NCBI GenBank assembly: GCA_051294375.1
Contig: CM119266.1
Coordinates: 14,364,755-14,428,754 of the forward strand
Source: Paraspadella gotoi
Taxonomy: Eukaryota; Animalia; Chaetognatha
Direction of reading: 5' to 3'
Length of the DNA: 64,000 nucleotides
Position numbers and translations under genes: made by a program. The notes under the pieces were generated by a model that searched no databases, was not told the origin of the DNA, and saw nothing but the letters and a program-made list of their open reading frames with translations. Positions within the stretch are counted from its first letter, which is position 1; every line of letters starts with the position of its first letter. Shown here piece by piece: positions 38,313 through 52,470 of the stretch.

Positions 38313-40497
38313 TTAATCGAGTCTGAACCCGCGACGGCTTGAACGACGACAGCAGCGACCTCTTTTCCTTTTCGTACACACTCCGTCGAAGTTGGTCTCT
38401 GACAGCGCAGATTCCCTTCGTTCGTTGTTTGTTGTAATTGTCGTCTTCATAAGTTGTGCAAGATCCGCGAACGAACGCGTCGCCTGAAAGCGCGTCCTTG
38501 AATCTGAATACGTTGATTATGTAAAATCAATTTAATTTAAAATAAATTAAATTAATTTAAATTAAAATAGTCATCTCAATGTAGTTTATTTATTTTAACA
38601 TACAAAATGCCTCAAGAGCATTTTTCGAATACAATGTCAACCCGCTCCGTTAGTGTCGACGAATGGCGTTTCGGTCGACGGGAGTCGACTTCTCGAATCC
38701 TGGCCCGTGATTGGCCGACGCCGGTGACGAATCGTCCGTGCTCCCGTTAGTGATGAACGACGCGTTGGCGGCGCCGTCTTTAGACGCCCGCCCTCCAAAC
38801 GGTTGTGCAACGACTCCGTTAATCGCAGGCAACTCGGACGCCTGACATGAGGCGGTGGCGGGCGGTTTCGCGATTAATGTTTGTTGATTAAAATGTGACA
38901 AATAAAAACCACAACAAAACCAGACAAAAATAAATTTAAAAAGGAAGAGAAAGAGGTTTAAAGACAAAAAACAAAAAAAGCAGAAGAAGTACTAGAATTA
39001 AAAGTCAAAGATAGTAATAGTAGAGTCTCTTTAACTTAGCAAAATGATAACCTCGTTTTGCTTGGATTCTACGTCTTCATTCTCCTCATTAGACGGCCCC
39101 GCCCACTATCGCGTTTCGAAAAAAGGCTAACGTTTGGCAAGAATTCTGTAAATGCCGGCGCCGGATGAAGTCGACAGGAATGCGGCGCCGAGATTGAAGA
39201 CGACTGAATTTAGACTCGTAATTTGCGGTGCTGATCAAGGGATTTTCCAAGGCGTCGGGGCAGCAAGTTGAGCCACGAGGAGGTCAGGTAAAGCATCCTG
39301 CTCGGTAAGATCAATGATTATTAGGACTTGAAATGAGGAATTAAGGTTTAAATCCTCCAAATTTTTAACCCGAGCATCCGTGACGAGCTGCTTGACGTCT
39401 GACGACCGATAAAATCTTGATCTATCTCTGCCGCGGCGCGATGCTCGTGACGAGCATCTGGGTTGTGGGCGCGAGAATTTTTGGCTGATGGGAGGTAGAG
39501 GTGTTGTCGGGGTTTTCTGTCGGTGGTCGCTGGGACTTCCGGTCGTCGCTAACGAGCAGGCTTCATTTAGCCAGGAGAATCAAGCAAGCCCGCTGATAGA
39601 AACTGAAATCAACTTATCGTGGAATTGGATATTATCAATACTGTTTTAAAGGGTTATTTTCTAATCTACAAACCAGTTCGTTGCGTCGTGGAAACTTGAG
39701 AACGGATCTTATTCCTTCTTTGCATCTTGCGTTCGATCGCTCGTCCCGTCGGTCGTCCCCGACGCAGCCCACGTAAGAGACGTGACTTTTGAAGAACAGT
39801 CTCCCTCCGACTCATTGAGCGGCGTTCGGGATAAAGATGCCTGAACGCCGTGGACGACGTTGTCGGGGCGCCGCCCAAAGGTTTAGGGTCGTTTGGGTTG
39901 GACGAGAGCTGGAAGTACGAGGGAAGTAAAGCAACAGGGCGAACATCATCACGACTATACAAAAAACAAACAAACAGAAATGCTTTGACCCGGCAATTGA
40001 AGTGAAAATTATTGCCTGATCTTTATCCGTCTCGTGTAAAATAGCTGAGAAGTGATTTTCGTCTTCATTGCAAATAAATCGAGTCAAAGTTGAGAGAATT
40101 AGGAGGGGAATCGTCCAAAAAATACATTTTTTTCTTAAATGCATGTTACTCGATCTAAAACCGCCGAAAGATAATTTTCGGTTATTCTTCAAAGGGGTAA
40201 GATTAAAAATCACTGCAATATGCAAATGATTTAAAAATCCCGTTTAGCTATTAGAAAAATAGTGAATATAATCTGATTTGAGATCATCAGATTATCAACA
40301 AAAGCATTCTGCGGATCGATTCATTCACTCGACTCGAAACCCTCGATTATCTCGTCGGACTTCTCTCCTCGACATCACCGATGAGTCGAATTGTCTTCCA
40401 AAGTTCGCTCGACGAAGAATTCGGGGTCGACGGTCTTCGACCGTCGCGTCGTCATCGGACACCCAGGCCGAGTGAGTCGCGGATAGAGAGACGTCAT
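38313..40497 (-). pseudogene. ADK: Adenosine kinase-like gene, inverted indel-riddled copy (probably artefactual duplicate); includes terminal exon ~38313-38483
   Basis: Reverse complement of 62036-63875, plus a further exon after ctttcAG reading (G)DAFV..(F)LAQLMK...VAAVVVQ, which completes DTNGAG|DAF. Confidence 0.8.
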
Positions 40498-40930
40498 GTT
40501 GGAGCCGCGATTCAGTCAACGAACGTTGAGGTCTCAATTGCAATTGAAATTAAAAATTTAATTCCTTAATTTAAATTTAATTTTTCGCCCATTTCCAAAG
40601 GTAAAAAAAACAACTTGGAAACATGTTCATAATTCTCGAGTTTTAAAAAAAGTGTCGATAAAAAGATATAAAATCGAGATATAATTGAAGCACTCGTGAA
40701 ACGTAGGGCTTGTCAGCGGGATTATTTAAAAAGTTTACCAGAGAAACAGCAGTACGAATAAATCTAGTTACCTTTCTAAGTGCTGTTCGATCTTTCTTCT
40801 TCAAGGATTTGTTAAATAAAAAAGAATTGAATTGTGTCGAACAATTTAATTTGTCTGGTAAAACATCGAAATTCAGATACCAATGAAGACTTAAAATACG
40901 TAACATTTTTGAGTTCACAGTTTATTTTTT

Positions 40931-42877
40931 TAGTAATTTCGGTTTGTGATGTGCGGTTAGATCCCCTGAGAAACAAAATATATTCTAATGTTAATTTGAT
41001 AAAATTTGATAATAATTTAGTCAATTATTTTATAACCTGGATAAACATTTTGTGATTCTCTCGAGTTGTTCGTTGGTGTCCGTCTAGATTCACAATTGTG
41101 ACCAACTTGGGTTTGATGCCTTGTGATCAAAGTAAGAGATTGTGAGTGGCACATTTTTTATTCGACCTTACAAATAAAAAATAGGTATTTAATGAAAAGG
41201 TAATAGCCGTCGTGAAACAGAAACGGCACATCTCCAACCTCTAACGCGTGAAAAATTAAAGTGTGAATACGTCGAGAAGGTCATACAACTTTCACAACAT
41301 TCACCAAGAATCAACATCCCCTCGACATTCTCATTCTTCCCCAAACCCACCGCAACATGAGCGTCTTGTGGCGGCGGTGCTCTTGATGTGTTCCACTCGG
41401 CCTCCCATTGGACGGCGGCTGAGAGGGCGTCGTCCAACGCGTCCTGTAGCTTCGCCTTGGTTGTTGTAGTCGAGAAATTGCGTTGTTCTGTCTTCGCTGT
41501 ACTTGACGAAATCCTGTTGACTTCCTTCGAAAGAATCTTGCCTGTTGATTCTGGAAAGAATACGGATTTAAAAAGAAAGTAAAAGTAGACTACTCGGGAA
41601 TAACAATCACTATATAAATAATGTAGTTTTTTTATGTACATATAGATAATCGGATGTTAATTTCAAAGTCGAATCTCAACCTGCTTCCGCGATGAGGTCC
41701 GTGTAAGTCTGTTTGAAGAGTGTCGTATCAGCCCAATGATCTTCCAACTTCTTGAACTCCTCCGCCGGACTCCAAGTCGTCCATGAATTTTCTGGAAAAT
41801 TTGAAACCGTTCCGCACGCGGTTGCCCGATCTTCTCTGTTAATTGGGAGTGAATGAAAAATGATTATTATTGCGAGTAATATCGTAAGTATCTAGCGAGT
41901 ACTCACGGACGATTGGCAACCGACAGAATCGTTTCAAATACGTCATAAAGCAAGAACGCATTTATTTACCTTTGGCGGCGGTCATGGTGTTCAATAACCG
42001 CTTTCATCTTTCTTCGATTTCCTTCCTTTTGTTTTTCAATTCTTCTCTCTTCGTTGGCTTTTCCGATCGCGCGAGCGCGCTCTCGAGTCGTTTTCCCTTT
42101 AGGAATTTGTCGAACTGAAGAAACTAATAATTTTACGAGTAATTTTTAACTTTATTTTAAATCGTTTAATATAAAGATGAATATATATATAAGAATCGAA
42201 CAGCGAAGAAATTAATGATCGAATGAAAGAATTCATTAATGACGGATTAACGAAAGATAGAACGAAAGAGCGAAAGAAAGAGCAAACACGAAAGAACAAA
42301 ACGAGCGAAAAATCGCAAGAACGAACGAACAAGGTACCTTGAGCCAGCGACTCCTTAAGCTGGAGCTCTTTCCGCTCCAGTCTCCTCTCTCCTGCTGGGT
42401 CAAACTTTCCATCTTGAGTTGGAACTCGTCCCCTTTTGGGCGCCAGCGTGTCTCTACTTCGTCATCCTCCGCGTCGTTTCTGCCCAGGAGCGCGTCGGCT
42501 GAGGAAGAGGGGTAGATTATGAAAGGATACCGATGAGGGAAGTGGGGCAGTTGGGGCGAAGGACCTTCATGAAGGTGGTTTGGGAGAATTATGGAGGCGT
42601 CCAGCGACGTATTCAAATAATAAAGATTACAATCTAACAATTTAAATGCTCAAGAGATACAATAATTTGCAGTTGCGGGATATTATCAGTGAATGAGCCC
42701 ACTCTGCGTAAAGTTAAGTCTTTATTTGATGAAGTGGAGTTGTATTAATTAATAAATTATTATCTTGATTTAAAGCCCGGCGTGAGTGATCTTCTTCCCA
42801 TTTCCCGGATCTTCACCATCAACTTATTTCCTCCAGACGTCGCCCTCGAAAAATATTCTTCGAACGAGATCAGACAT
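40931..42877 (-). pseudogene. CCDC42: CCDC42 inverted copy with many frameshifts (probably artefactual duplicate)
   Basis: Reverse complement of 59669-61605. The fragments KDEFQLKMESLTQ and LDDALSAAVQWEAEWN are visible. Confidence 0.85.
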
Positions 42878-43569
42878 CCTTCACGTTGTGATCGATTTAG
42901 TAAATCTCGATATATTCAAGTTCAACTGTGTTACCATTAAAGGTTCGGTTTGATATATGGGATGTACTTGTTTAGCCTGTTTTTTTCGACTTGTGATTAC
43001 TAATCTTTAATTTCTATTTGAATAAGAAACAATCAATATTGCAAATAGGGCCAAGAAAGAATCATTGGGTAAGCGCTACCAAAAAGACTTGGCTGTGACT
43101 GAAATTAGGGCTTGAACGTTCAATAGCCTCAAAATTAAATATGATCAGGGGATTAAAAAAAAGAATTTTCAGGCCAGAGGGGCAAAACTTTTATCTTTGT
43201 CCAGATATTAAACGTTTTAGACAAAATATTCTAATATTTACAATTAATGGCTTTCGATTTTCATTCTTTCACATAAATTTTCCGAACTTGATCCGAAAAG
43301 CAAACGATTTGACAAAAGGGAGGAAAAAAATCGACTTTTTTTTTTTCGAAAAATTAAGTTTTGAAGAACCAAACAGATGGTAAATATATTTAAATTAAAT
43401 TTATAAATTCACTTCGATAACTATTTTGAAATTGAATTCAAGGACATTTCATTTTTATAACATTAACAACATACGTTATAAATCTCCTGTGTTTCTATAA
43501 TAAAAACTTTCCTTGGCCAAAAAAAATAAATAAAAAATTAAAAAATAGAACGACGAGAACGGTCTCGAG

Positions 43570-44523
43570 ATGCCTGGCCCTCTCCAAGCTCGCGTGGGGC
43601 CGTCCCTCTTAATCGTCTTTTACGTATGTCATTGATTCAGCGTCGTCACCACCATCTCGTTCCTCCACGCCCTCTCCGCGCCCGTTCGCTTTCCGTTTTT
43701 CTCTTCCTCGCGAGCCTGGGCACGCTTACCGCTCTTATCACCCGTTCGCCCGGTGAAATTGGACGGTGAAGACGCGGCGACGATGGCGGCGTTCTTCGTT
43801 CTCGCTTGTCATTAACGCCAACTTCTTGGCCGGCGGCGCGGCGTCGGAAAACTCAATGCCACTCGGCACCTAGCTAGCCTTTCTTGCTAGAGCTTCATCC
43901 TTACTCCCCGCGGTTACGGCGCCGTTCTGCATCGGCGCTGCGTCGGCCGTCGTCGACGCGGGCGCATCGTCGCGGCGCTGGTTTGGGACTCTGCTGATCA
44001 CGCACCCGACGCTGCTCTTTCGACGAGCCGGTCCGTCGCTGCCCGCCCTACGCCTACCTTCCTGCGGTCTTTAACGGCTTTCACAGTCTCATACTCCTTA
44101 CTTTTTCGGGCGCATTCCGAAGAACAACTGTCCCAACTTTCTCGTCTTGCGTCTCATTTGGCGGCGCTGTCGTTGCCATGTTCATGCTTCGGCGCGCGCC
44201 GGCGGACCTTCCGCTTTCTCGGCGCCGATCGACGGCCGTCGGCCTGGTGTTCGTTCTCGTCGGCGTCGTCTCCACGATTACCGACTCGCGCAGCAGGTCG
44301 GCTGCAGAACTGGAGCCTTCGATCCGGTCCTCGCCGGTCTGACTATGGCACGTCATTCTCGCCGGGGAAATCCCGACGACCGACGCCTTTTTGTCCGTTG
44401 CGTTTTCGGTGAAGAGGTTTGTCGAAGATGGAAACGTTCGGGTTCATGACGTTTTGCGCAATCGTTCGTCGTATCATTGGCCAAAGGTTGTGAAAAAAGA
44501 TGCTAATTGAAAGAGAAGTTTGA
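43570..44523 (+). pseudogene. EamA/SLC35G-like transporter inverted copy with many frameshifts (probably artefactual duplicate)
   Basis: ATGCCTGGCCCTCTCCAA... to GAAAGAGAAGTTTGA mirrors 58058-58996. Indels are dense. Confidence 0.85.
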
Positions 44524-45915
44524 AAATTTATTATAATGATTTGTTTTATTTTATTCTAACATCTCTTAAAATAATTAATTTTATCAATTAAAAAAAGATA
44601 TCTAGAAAAATGGAGGCTCAATATAATGATTGACTTCGTTGAGGAAAATTAAATTGCAAACAGGCTTTTATGGCATTATAATTTACAATTTACTAATATA
44701 ATATAAACCGATTTTATTTGAAGAGACGACCTTTGAATAAATTCATCTTTCGACATCTAAACCCTCAAAAAGCCACAAAAACTACGATTTTATGCATTGA
44801 TACTCCGGTTGCTACCGAAACAAAGAGCTCTATGAAAACAAAAAGGGGCTTTTCTCTATTAAAAGTATTATTACTTCGATATTTGGCGGGAAGTTTAGGA
44901 ACGATAAATGACAAAGGTCCCAGCTTTTCATCCCTATAATTTTCGGTTACTTCTTTCTATGAAATATCGGTATTAAATCAGTAATGAAATTATTTGGCAG
45001 CTGCTTAGCTTGCATGATTTTGAAAAGTTAGGAAAACAAAATTTAGAATAAAATAGTTGTTATTTTACAATTTCATTTTTGTAGTTAGTTTATGAAAGAA
45101 CAAAATTAGCAATTATTAAAACAAAATGCTCGACAAACTCAACTTTTCGAAATAATTAGAAGCAATCGTTATGGAGGCAAAACAGGAATTAATGACAAAA
45201 TATGGCGTCATGAAATAATATTTTGCTGAGATTAAAATACAAACAAATATGAATCGCAAATTGTGTGTTTTTTTCTCTCAAATAATACAAGAAAAAATTA
45301 GTTTAAATTCTTTTTTTGATCGCAATATAAGAAAAAGTCAAGCAGAGATTTTTTTGCCATGGTAGTATCAGCATTTAATTTTGAACGAAAAAAAGATTAG
45401 ATCACAGGTTAAACACTGGAAGTCTGTTAATGTTTTATCTTTTTGTCGACAAACAAAAAGTTTTTCCGCGGTAAGACAAACTCAGAGAGATGGTTTTTTT
45501 ATACGTGATAGGGCGCCACGGAGGGAACTTCACAAAAAAAGAGTAATAAATGCCTTAAAAAAAACCAATTTTTAAAAATTTTTTTCACAGATTTAAAAAC
45601 ATGACTAGAAGCATAACGTGAGAATATTCTCCTTTTAAAAAATCAGTGAGGAAGAGAAAAAGGGAATTACGATATAAATATTAATCGAAAAATCGATTTG
45701 ATAACGATTCATTACAAGTCAACTACAAATCGCAATCGAGGCGTAATTTTGAATAATTCATTGTTAATTGAAAAGATAATACACTTTAAGCGGCGTCAGT
45801 AAATCGCTTTTTTCAGGAGGTTTGTTAAATATCTTGGACAAATCTTGATGACATCCGCATTTTGTCACACTTTTTCCCTACAACCGACTTGATAATGACA
45901 TCGGTTGTCGGGGAT

Positions 45916-47031
45916 CTAAACTTGTGGCCTCAGATCCAGGCTTTGCGACGGAGGCGGGCGAAAGGACTGGCCAAGGGTAAGCGCCCCCGGGGTAGGTAAG
46001 GTGCATACTTGTGGACCCCGTAGTATCTCGACGACCCAGCGACATGGCGGCGGCGGCGGCGCGGCGGCGGGGGGGAAGAGGAAGAAGAGATAGCGGGCGG
46101 TGAATTTGTGCCCGGCGGTGAGAGGTGGGATTAGTGTCGCGTTAGGGTTGTTGGGGCGCGGAATGAGGGGGCGTCATGCAGCAGGGGGTGTCCAGGTGTG
46201 ACGGCGTGTGATGAGGACTGGAGTGAGGCGAGGCTCGGCCGCTGCTGCGCCCGCCTGCCGACCTCGCCAGCATCGCCGACGCAGCCGTTGGGTCGCCGCG
46301 CGCTAGGCGGCGGAAGCGGCCGAGATCGCCACTGCGGAGGTCGAGCGGCGAAGCTGCGGCGGCGGCATGCTGAGCCGCTAACGCCTGAGCCGCTGCGGCG
46401 GCGTTCGCCGTGACCGCCAAGGAGGCGGCGGCTTGGGCGGCGTGGGAGTGAAAGGAAGGCCAAAGGGCGAGAGAGAGGAAGGGGCGTTGGAGGCGCCTGG
46501 AAAAATGGGAAGTAATTTGGTAAATATGTTTAAAAAATGAAATAATACTTTTCTTGCTTAATTTTCAAGTGATAACAACAACAACGACAATACTTACCGG
46601 GCAACGAAGAGTAAAAAATGCATCACGACGACGAAAACGCCGCCGCAGCCGAATGAGGCACGGCCCCACGGATAGGCCGCCGCAAGCAGCGGGCCGCAGC
46701 CGCCGGGATTTCCAAAGCGACGAGGCGATCCGCCGGACGCCGCCACGCGACGCCATGACAGGCGGCGGCGGCAGAGGGCGGTCCGCCGCCCGGGCGTCCG
46801 GTGGCGGCCGGAAAGAGACGCCGCCTGTAGGAAGCCCTGCGGGTCTTTGAGGTGGCCAGCGGCTGCGGCGGCGGCGCCAGCGGCTGAGATAGACATCCCC
46901 GGCGGCAGGTGGCGTTGAAGCTCTTCCAAATCCGTCTCCCCGCAGCGTAGGAGCGAAGCGGCGAGCGGGCGTAGGTGTGCTCTTGGATGAGAGCGTCGAC
47001 GTTGTCTCGGGAGAAGGGACTCAGGAAATCA
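45916..47031 (-). pseudogene. TBX20: Inverted copy of the last two Tbx20 exons (46598-47031, 45916-46496), frameshifted, without T-box exons
   Basis: Mirrors 55536-56661, including the intron (GTAAG...CCAG). Confidence 0.88.
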
Positions 47032-47501
47032 CTAGAAAGGAAGACATATGAATGATACGAATTAATTTTTTTTGTGTACCTATTTCACAAGTCGAGTATT
47101 ATCATCGATTAAATTATCTAAAATATATAAATAGTATACGTTTAGATTATAAAATTTAATACAATTATTATGACGTTTCGGAAAAAAAAGAATGTTCATT
47201 TGTTTTTCAATGAGTAATGGACTGCGCCCTCTGCCATGACAATACTCAACGATATCGATGCTCCCTTTTTTTTTTATTTTATAGAAATTATATTCATTTT
47301 CAGTGATATTATTCGAAGCATCAATTTTGGGATATTGTTTGCGAAATCCGTCTTACTGATTCACCACAAATAATCCTTTTACCCTTCCACTCTTTCTCCA
47401 ACATCGCGAAAAAAAAGCTACAAAGTTGCGCATCTCATTTGTCTTCCCCTGAAAGTCTCTGAGGAAGCCAATTTTCCGAACGCAACCTTTTTTTTTTTTC
47501 C

Positions 47502-47593
<92 letters not shown>

Positions 47594-48592
47594 CCTTCGC
47601 TCCTTTCCCCCCTTAATTCCCTTTTTATTTTCCCCTTTTTTATTTCTCTGTCCTTTTTATTATTTCTTTTTTCCTTTTCAAGGGCTCAGCAATTAACTCC
47701 TCTCCAATTCCCCGTTTTCAGCCTCCAGACGCGAGTCGTCTTTTGTTTCGCGGAAAAGATAAGAAAATGTTGAACTGGTGATGAGGGACGCCGGAGAAGA
47801 AGAGGGGCAGTGATGAGCGGGGGGGTGTTTTTTTCGACGAAATCCTGTTACCCAGTTTTGTTCGCTGAAACTCTATATATAATATCATAGTATATAGTAT
47901 ATATAGTAATTATTTTTATCCAACATGCAGCTTTTCTCGTTTAAAAGGCTCTGGTTAAATACAAAACAAAAAGGAGAGCTCACATTGTAACAGAATTTCA
48001 CCGTCAATAGTTTGAAAAAAATTTCCCGAACTGGAAAGACAAGAAAAAAAGATCGCTTAAAGAGACGCGTCGTCGCATAAAAAAAACCCAAGAAAAAAAA
48101 ATTGTTGTGGCCAAAGGACTTTTGACCCGGCAGTCCGGCGTCGTTGCGGCTTTTGCTGACGCGCCAAATCGCGAAGAGCAAAAATTCGACGACAAGATAA
48201 CACATTTTGACACGATCGCGTGCGAAGGCGTGCGAGGGCGCGCCGGCACGTGCGAGGCGCGTGCACGGTGCCGCCCCGTCAAGACGAAGAAAGATGCTCG
48301 ATCGGGGCCGCGTTCTCTAGCGTATAACGGGGAGGAATGGGGGCGGTAATGATTTTTTAATGGCCGATCGCCGGGTTTGAAGAATAATTTTACGGCTCTA
48401 TTTTCGAGGAGGAGAAAAGAAAGGGAGTGAAGTTGAAAAGAAAGAGCTAGGGAGTGACAAAGAAGAGAGAGCAGAGAGAGAGAGAGAGACAGAAAGAGAT
48501 AAGAAAAGATAAAAGAATATGTTCGGAATAAAAAATTTCTTCATCCACCCTTTTTTTTTTCCCCTCTTCGCTTTTGTTTTCGTCTCCTCTCA

Positions 48593-48650
<58 letters not shown>

Positions 48651-49231
48651 TCTTTCTCTCTCTCTCTCCTTCCAACGAAAGTCCCCCCTTGATTCCTCTT
48701 TTACTTCACCTGCCTGGCGGAGGAATAAATCGTTGGCGGTTTGACCTTTCTGATCTCGATCCTCTCACCTCGATGCCCTCTGACCCCTTCGACTCTTCGT
48801 CGAAATGACCTCTCCCCATCGACCCCACCCTACTTTCTCGATTCGGACTCGGGCTCCGTTTCGACTTCAGCCAACCGCGGGCGTTAACCTTACCCTGTTT
48901 GAAACCAAAGGCCGTCCTTCATTCGGTCTGAGATTCAATGGAAAAGCGAGGGTGGATGACGTCAAAACCTACCTCAAAAGGTAAGCGTATCCTCCTTAAA
49001 ATTAATTAACCTTTTGTCTTTCGCATCAAAGTCAAAAAGTACCCATCCACCATCAGTCCATCCACTCACCAAACTTCCCAAGCGACCCCCTCAACCACCA
49101 CATTCAGCTCTCGAAGTCTTTCTTGGCCAAAGTCTTCGCTCATGTGCGGAATTTGCAACCAGACCACAATAACCGACCAACGAGGAAGACGCAAAAGGAG
49201 GCAATCCTCTCTCTCTCTCTCTCTCTTCTCT

Positions 49232-49289
<58 letters not shown>

Positions 49290-49389
49290 CAAGAATTTGA
49301 GGGCGCTTAGAAAGTTGTCGCTGTCTTCGTCGTCGTCGTCGTCGGTCGTCGTTTCGCCCTTTTTTCGTCACAGATTTTTTTCCCCCCAG

Positions 49390-49938
49390 TTTTTTCCTCT
49401 TCGCTCCGTCTAAAACCCGGTTGACGCTGCGACGTTGACATCCTCTTTTCACTGGCGTTATCGGAATGTTTTCGGTTCCATCCTCGTCTCTTTCCTCATC
49501 CTCGTCGTCGTCGTCTCGTCGTCGTCGTCGTCGTCGTCGTCAGCCTTGAAATGTCAACTAGTCGTTGAGTCTGCGTTTGGTATTCAGAGGGAAATCTCTC
49601 CGGTTGATAACCTCCGTTCCCCCTTTTCTCTCCACCCCTTCTCCCCCACCCACCATTTTCCACCTTTTCCTAACACCCCGATTTCCCCCTCTCTTAAAAA
49701 TCCCCCCCCCCCGAGGCGAGGCGAGGCGAGGAAGCTTTTGAACTCGGGAGATAAAGGCCAGGGACAAGACGAAGGACGACGACGACGACGACGATAACGA
49801 AGAGGACGAGGACGACGACGACAGGCGGATAACTTAAGACAACAACGACTGAGAGACGGGGGGAACGGAGGTTATCACCGGAGAGATTTCCCTCTGAATA
49901 CCAACGCGAGACTCAACGACTAGTTGACATTTCAAGGC

Positions 49939-49972
<34 letters not shown>

Positions 49973-50088
49973 GATGAGGAAAGAGACGAGGATGGAACCG
50001 AAAACAATTCCGATAACGCCAGTGAAAAGAGGATGTCAACGTCGCAGCGTCAACCGGGTTTTAGACGGAGCGAAGAGGAAAAACTGGG

Positions 50089-50090
<2 letters not shown>
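49390..50090. repeat. Local fold-back: ~49390-49625 inverted against ~49858-50090 with ~230 bp spacer
   Basis: GGAACGGAGGTTATCA..CCGGAGAGATTTCCCTCTGAATACCAA.. at 49862 is the reverse complement of ..TTGGTATTCAGAGGGAAATCTCTCCGGTTGATAACCTCCGTTCC ending at 49620. The right arm ends in (GA)n. Confidence 0.92.
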
Positions 50091-50149
<59 letters not shown>

Positions 50150-50171
<22 letters not shown>

Positions 50172-51397
50172 GAGAGGAAGGGCTTTTCCGTGGTTGTTAT
50201 CATCATGGAAGAACCTATCAAATCAGCATTAGCGGACGTCTCTGCCAGTTGAACGAGAATTATGTGTGGTTAGAGACTGAGGAGGAAGCAGCTCTCCCGC
50301 CGCGGCTGACGGCGGTGATGCTTCTAGATGTCGGCAGCGGGGGAGGGGGGCCGCCGGGGTGGCGGAAGTGAGGGGGGGATGACGGGGCGATCCTCAATTT
50401 TCTTTTTTATAGAGGTGCGACCCTCGACTCGACGTTCTCCGTTTCCGGAAGTGGAAAACCGAAAGTTGCCGGGAGAAAGGTTGCACGGTTTCTGTCACAG
50501 ACTTGTTATCACCGAAAAACAAAGAAACGTTTTCTTAATAAGTTCACTCTTGTTTTTTAAGTTCCACCTTTATCATCTCCGCTTAGGAAAAAAAACCCGA
50601 TGAATAGCCGGGCATTGTTCCACTGGCAAGCTCTCTTCCTGTCCTCTCTTTTTCCTTTTCTCTAGTTCCTCTCTCTCTTCCCTCCCGCTTCCAAGAGAAG
50701 TGAGATGCCATATATCAACTCTTTGACTTTCTAGTACGCTCATTGTCTCTCTCTCCTGCTCTTCTTCTATCTCTCTCATCATCTGCTCGTCTTCGTTGTC
50801 TCTCTGCCTCTTCTCTCTCATCCTTTCCTATCTCTGCCATGATAGTGACATTTCGAAGACATTTTGAAGATAGTGTTTTACATCGTCGTCTCGACTATCG
50901 CCTTCTCGCATCGACTTTTGCCAAACCCACAGAAAGATTTTCTCCAACTTTATCCCTTGTTTATGTTTATTTATATCCTACTATGTCGATTTATTAGATT
51001 TAAGGTTTTCAAAGAAAAATAAAAATAAATACAAGTTATAAAAAAATGTAATCTAATTTGTTCCGCATTGACTAGTGTCATGTTTTAATAAACGTGAGAT
51101 TTATAATGGACTGATAACGTCGTCGTCGTCGTCGTCGTCGTCGTCCGTCGTTCTCTCTCCTTTTTTTCCTTTCCTCCTTTGCTTTATTCACTCAGCCTTT
51201 CCAGCTGTCTCTATTCCTCTCAATTCCTCCACTCTTTTACTCTTCTCCCCCTTTTCCCCTCAGCTCCTCCCCCCTACCCTCATCTCCACGAGTCTTCCCT
51301 TTCTTTTTAAGATTTTATGCGTCATCATAGAATTTCATTCCGTGATTATATCTTTATTCTCCTTCGTAATGCCTTCACTTCCATTCCGACGAGCTGG

Positions 51398-51476
<79 letters not shown>

Positions 51477-52193
51477 TCTCTCACGACAACTGAATAAACT
51501 GTCATTTTCTTTTCCAGATCACAAAGTTGAAGATCGACTCCAATCCTTTCGCCAAAGGATTTCCGTGACTCTTCCCGACTAACGGACATCGAGAGGTGAG
51601 TTCATTTTTAGATAAATTAAATATTTAATTAACTAGTCTATTGTATTATAAAGGAGCATTAAACGTAATTATGACATTTCTGAATCCCATTCAAAAATGG
51701 TTCCTTCGCCAGACTTGCATTCATATATGCATTCGACGCTGTGTCACATAAAATGAATAAAGCCGGTCTTTAGTTCCCGAAAAGGAGATTCCTTTGTACC
51801 TTCAGCAGCTTTTACCACTGTTACTTCTAGCATAACTAATTCCTTTCTCCATCATATTCATACTGATTCTATCCTCAGCCTTTTTTAACCAAGTGTCTTT
51901 GTTTGTTTTAAACAATTATCAGTTCAACTAAGTCGCATTTTAGATTCTTGTCAATTTTCCCAACGGTCGACAACGATGACAGGGTCTTTCCTCCTCCTCC
52001 TTCTTTTTCATCCCTAATCCCTCCCCCTTTCCCTAACTGAACCCCTTTCGCTCCCTCCCCTCATCTAATTCTTCCCCCCAAAACCTTTTCAAAAAGTCGA
52101 TCCTCATGGGATCTCTGGTGGCAGAAATTCCAAGTTGACAACTCGACAACTTCCGGGGACGTCGCCAGGGATTCTGGTCGTAGTCTCCCATCA

Positions 52194-52224
<31 letters not shown>

Positions 52225-52470
52225 TTTCCCGGGTCATCGTCCTCGACGCCGACGTCATCGATTTTTTCTCTCAAGTTTGTCGTCGACATTTTTGTCAATG
52301 TGATCCGATGAGATGTCATCGTCGACGTTTTCTTAGTCGTCGTCTAAGACATTGGGCGGTTCGTCGGGGAATAAAACAACCCAGACGATAACCAACAAGA
52401 ATTCTTCGTCGATTTCGTGGGATTTCGTTATCGCTTTTCTTTCGATTTCCCCCGTCGTCGTCGTCGTCGT
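50150..52470 (+). repeat. Direct duplication B, copy 2
   Basis: Colinear with 34200-36393 and continues into unique downstream intron. Confidence 0.93.
51518..51595 (+). CDS. TBX20: Second copy of the Tbx20 ITKLKIDSNPFAKGFRD exon, with a +1 T (GGATTTCCG vs GGATTCCG)
   Basis: Same splice sites as 35445-35521. The single homopolymer insertion shifts the frame and is likely a sequencing error. Confidence 0.8.

Larger units (their letters stand above)
38518..49855 (-). repeat. Large inverted duplication (~11.4 kb) of 52472-64000; the arm probably extends left to the gap at 36418
   Basis: 38518 TATGTAAAATCAATTTAATTT..TAGTCATCTC is the reverse complement of the window end. ..TAAGACAACAACGACTGAGAG (49855) is the reverse complement of CTCTCAGTCGTTGTTGTCTTA (52472). 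All genes between are mirrored. Confidence 0.96.

Noticed and set aside
35445-51595. Duplicated T-box exon as mutually exclusive alternative splicing
   Set aside because: The copies and 2 kb of flanks are the same apart from small indels, and one copy has a homopolymer frameshift. Redundancy in the assembly is the simpler explanation.
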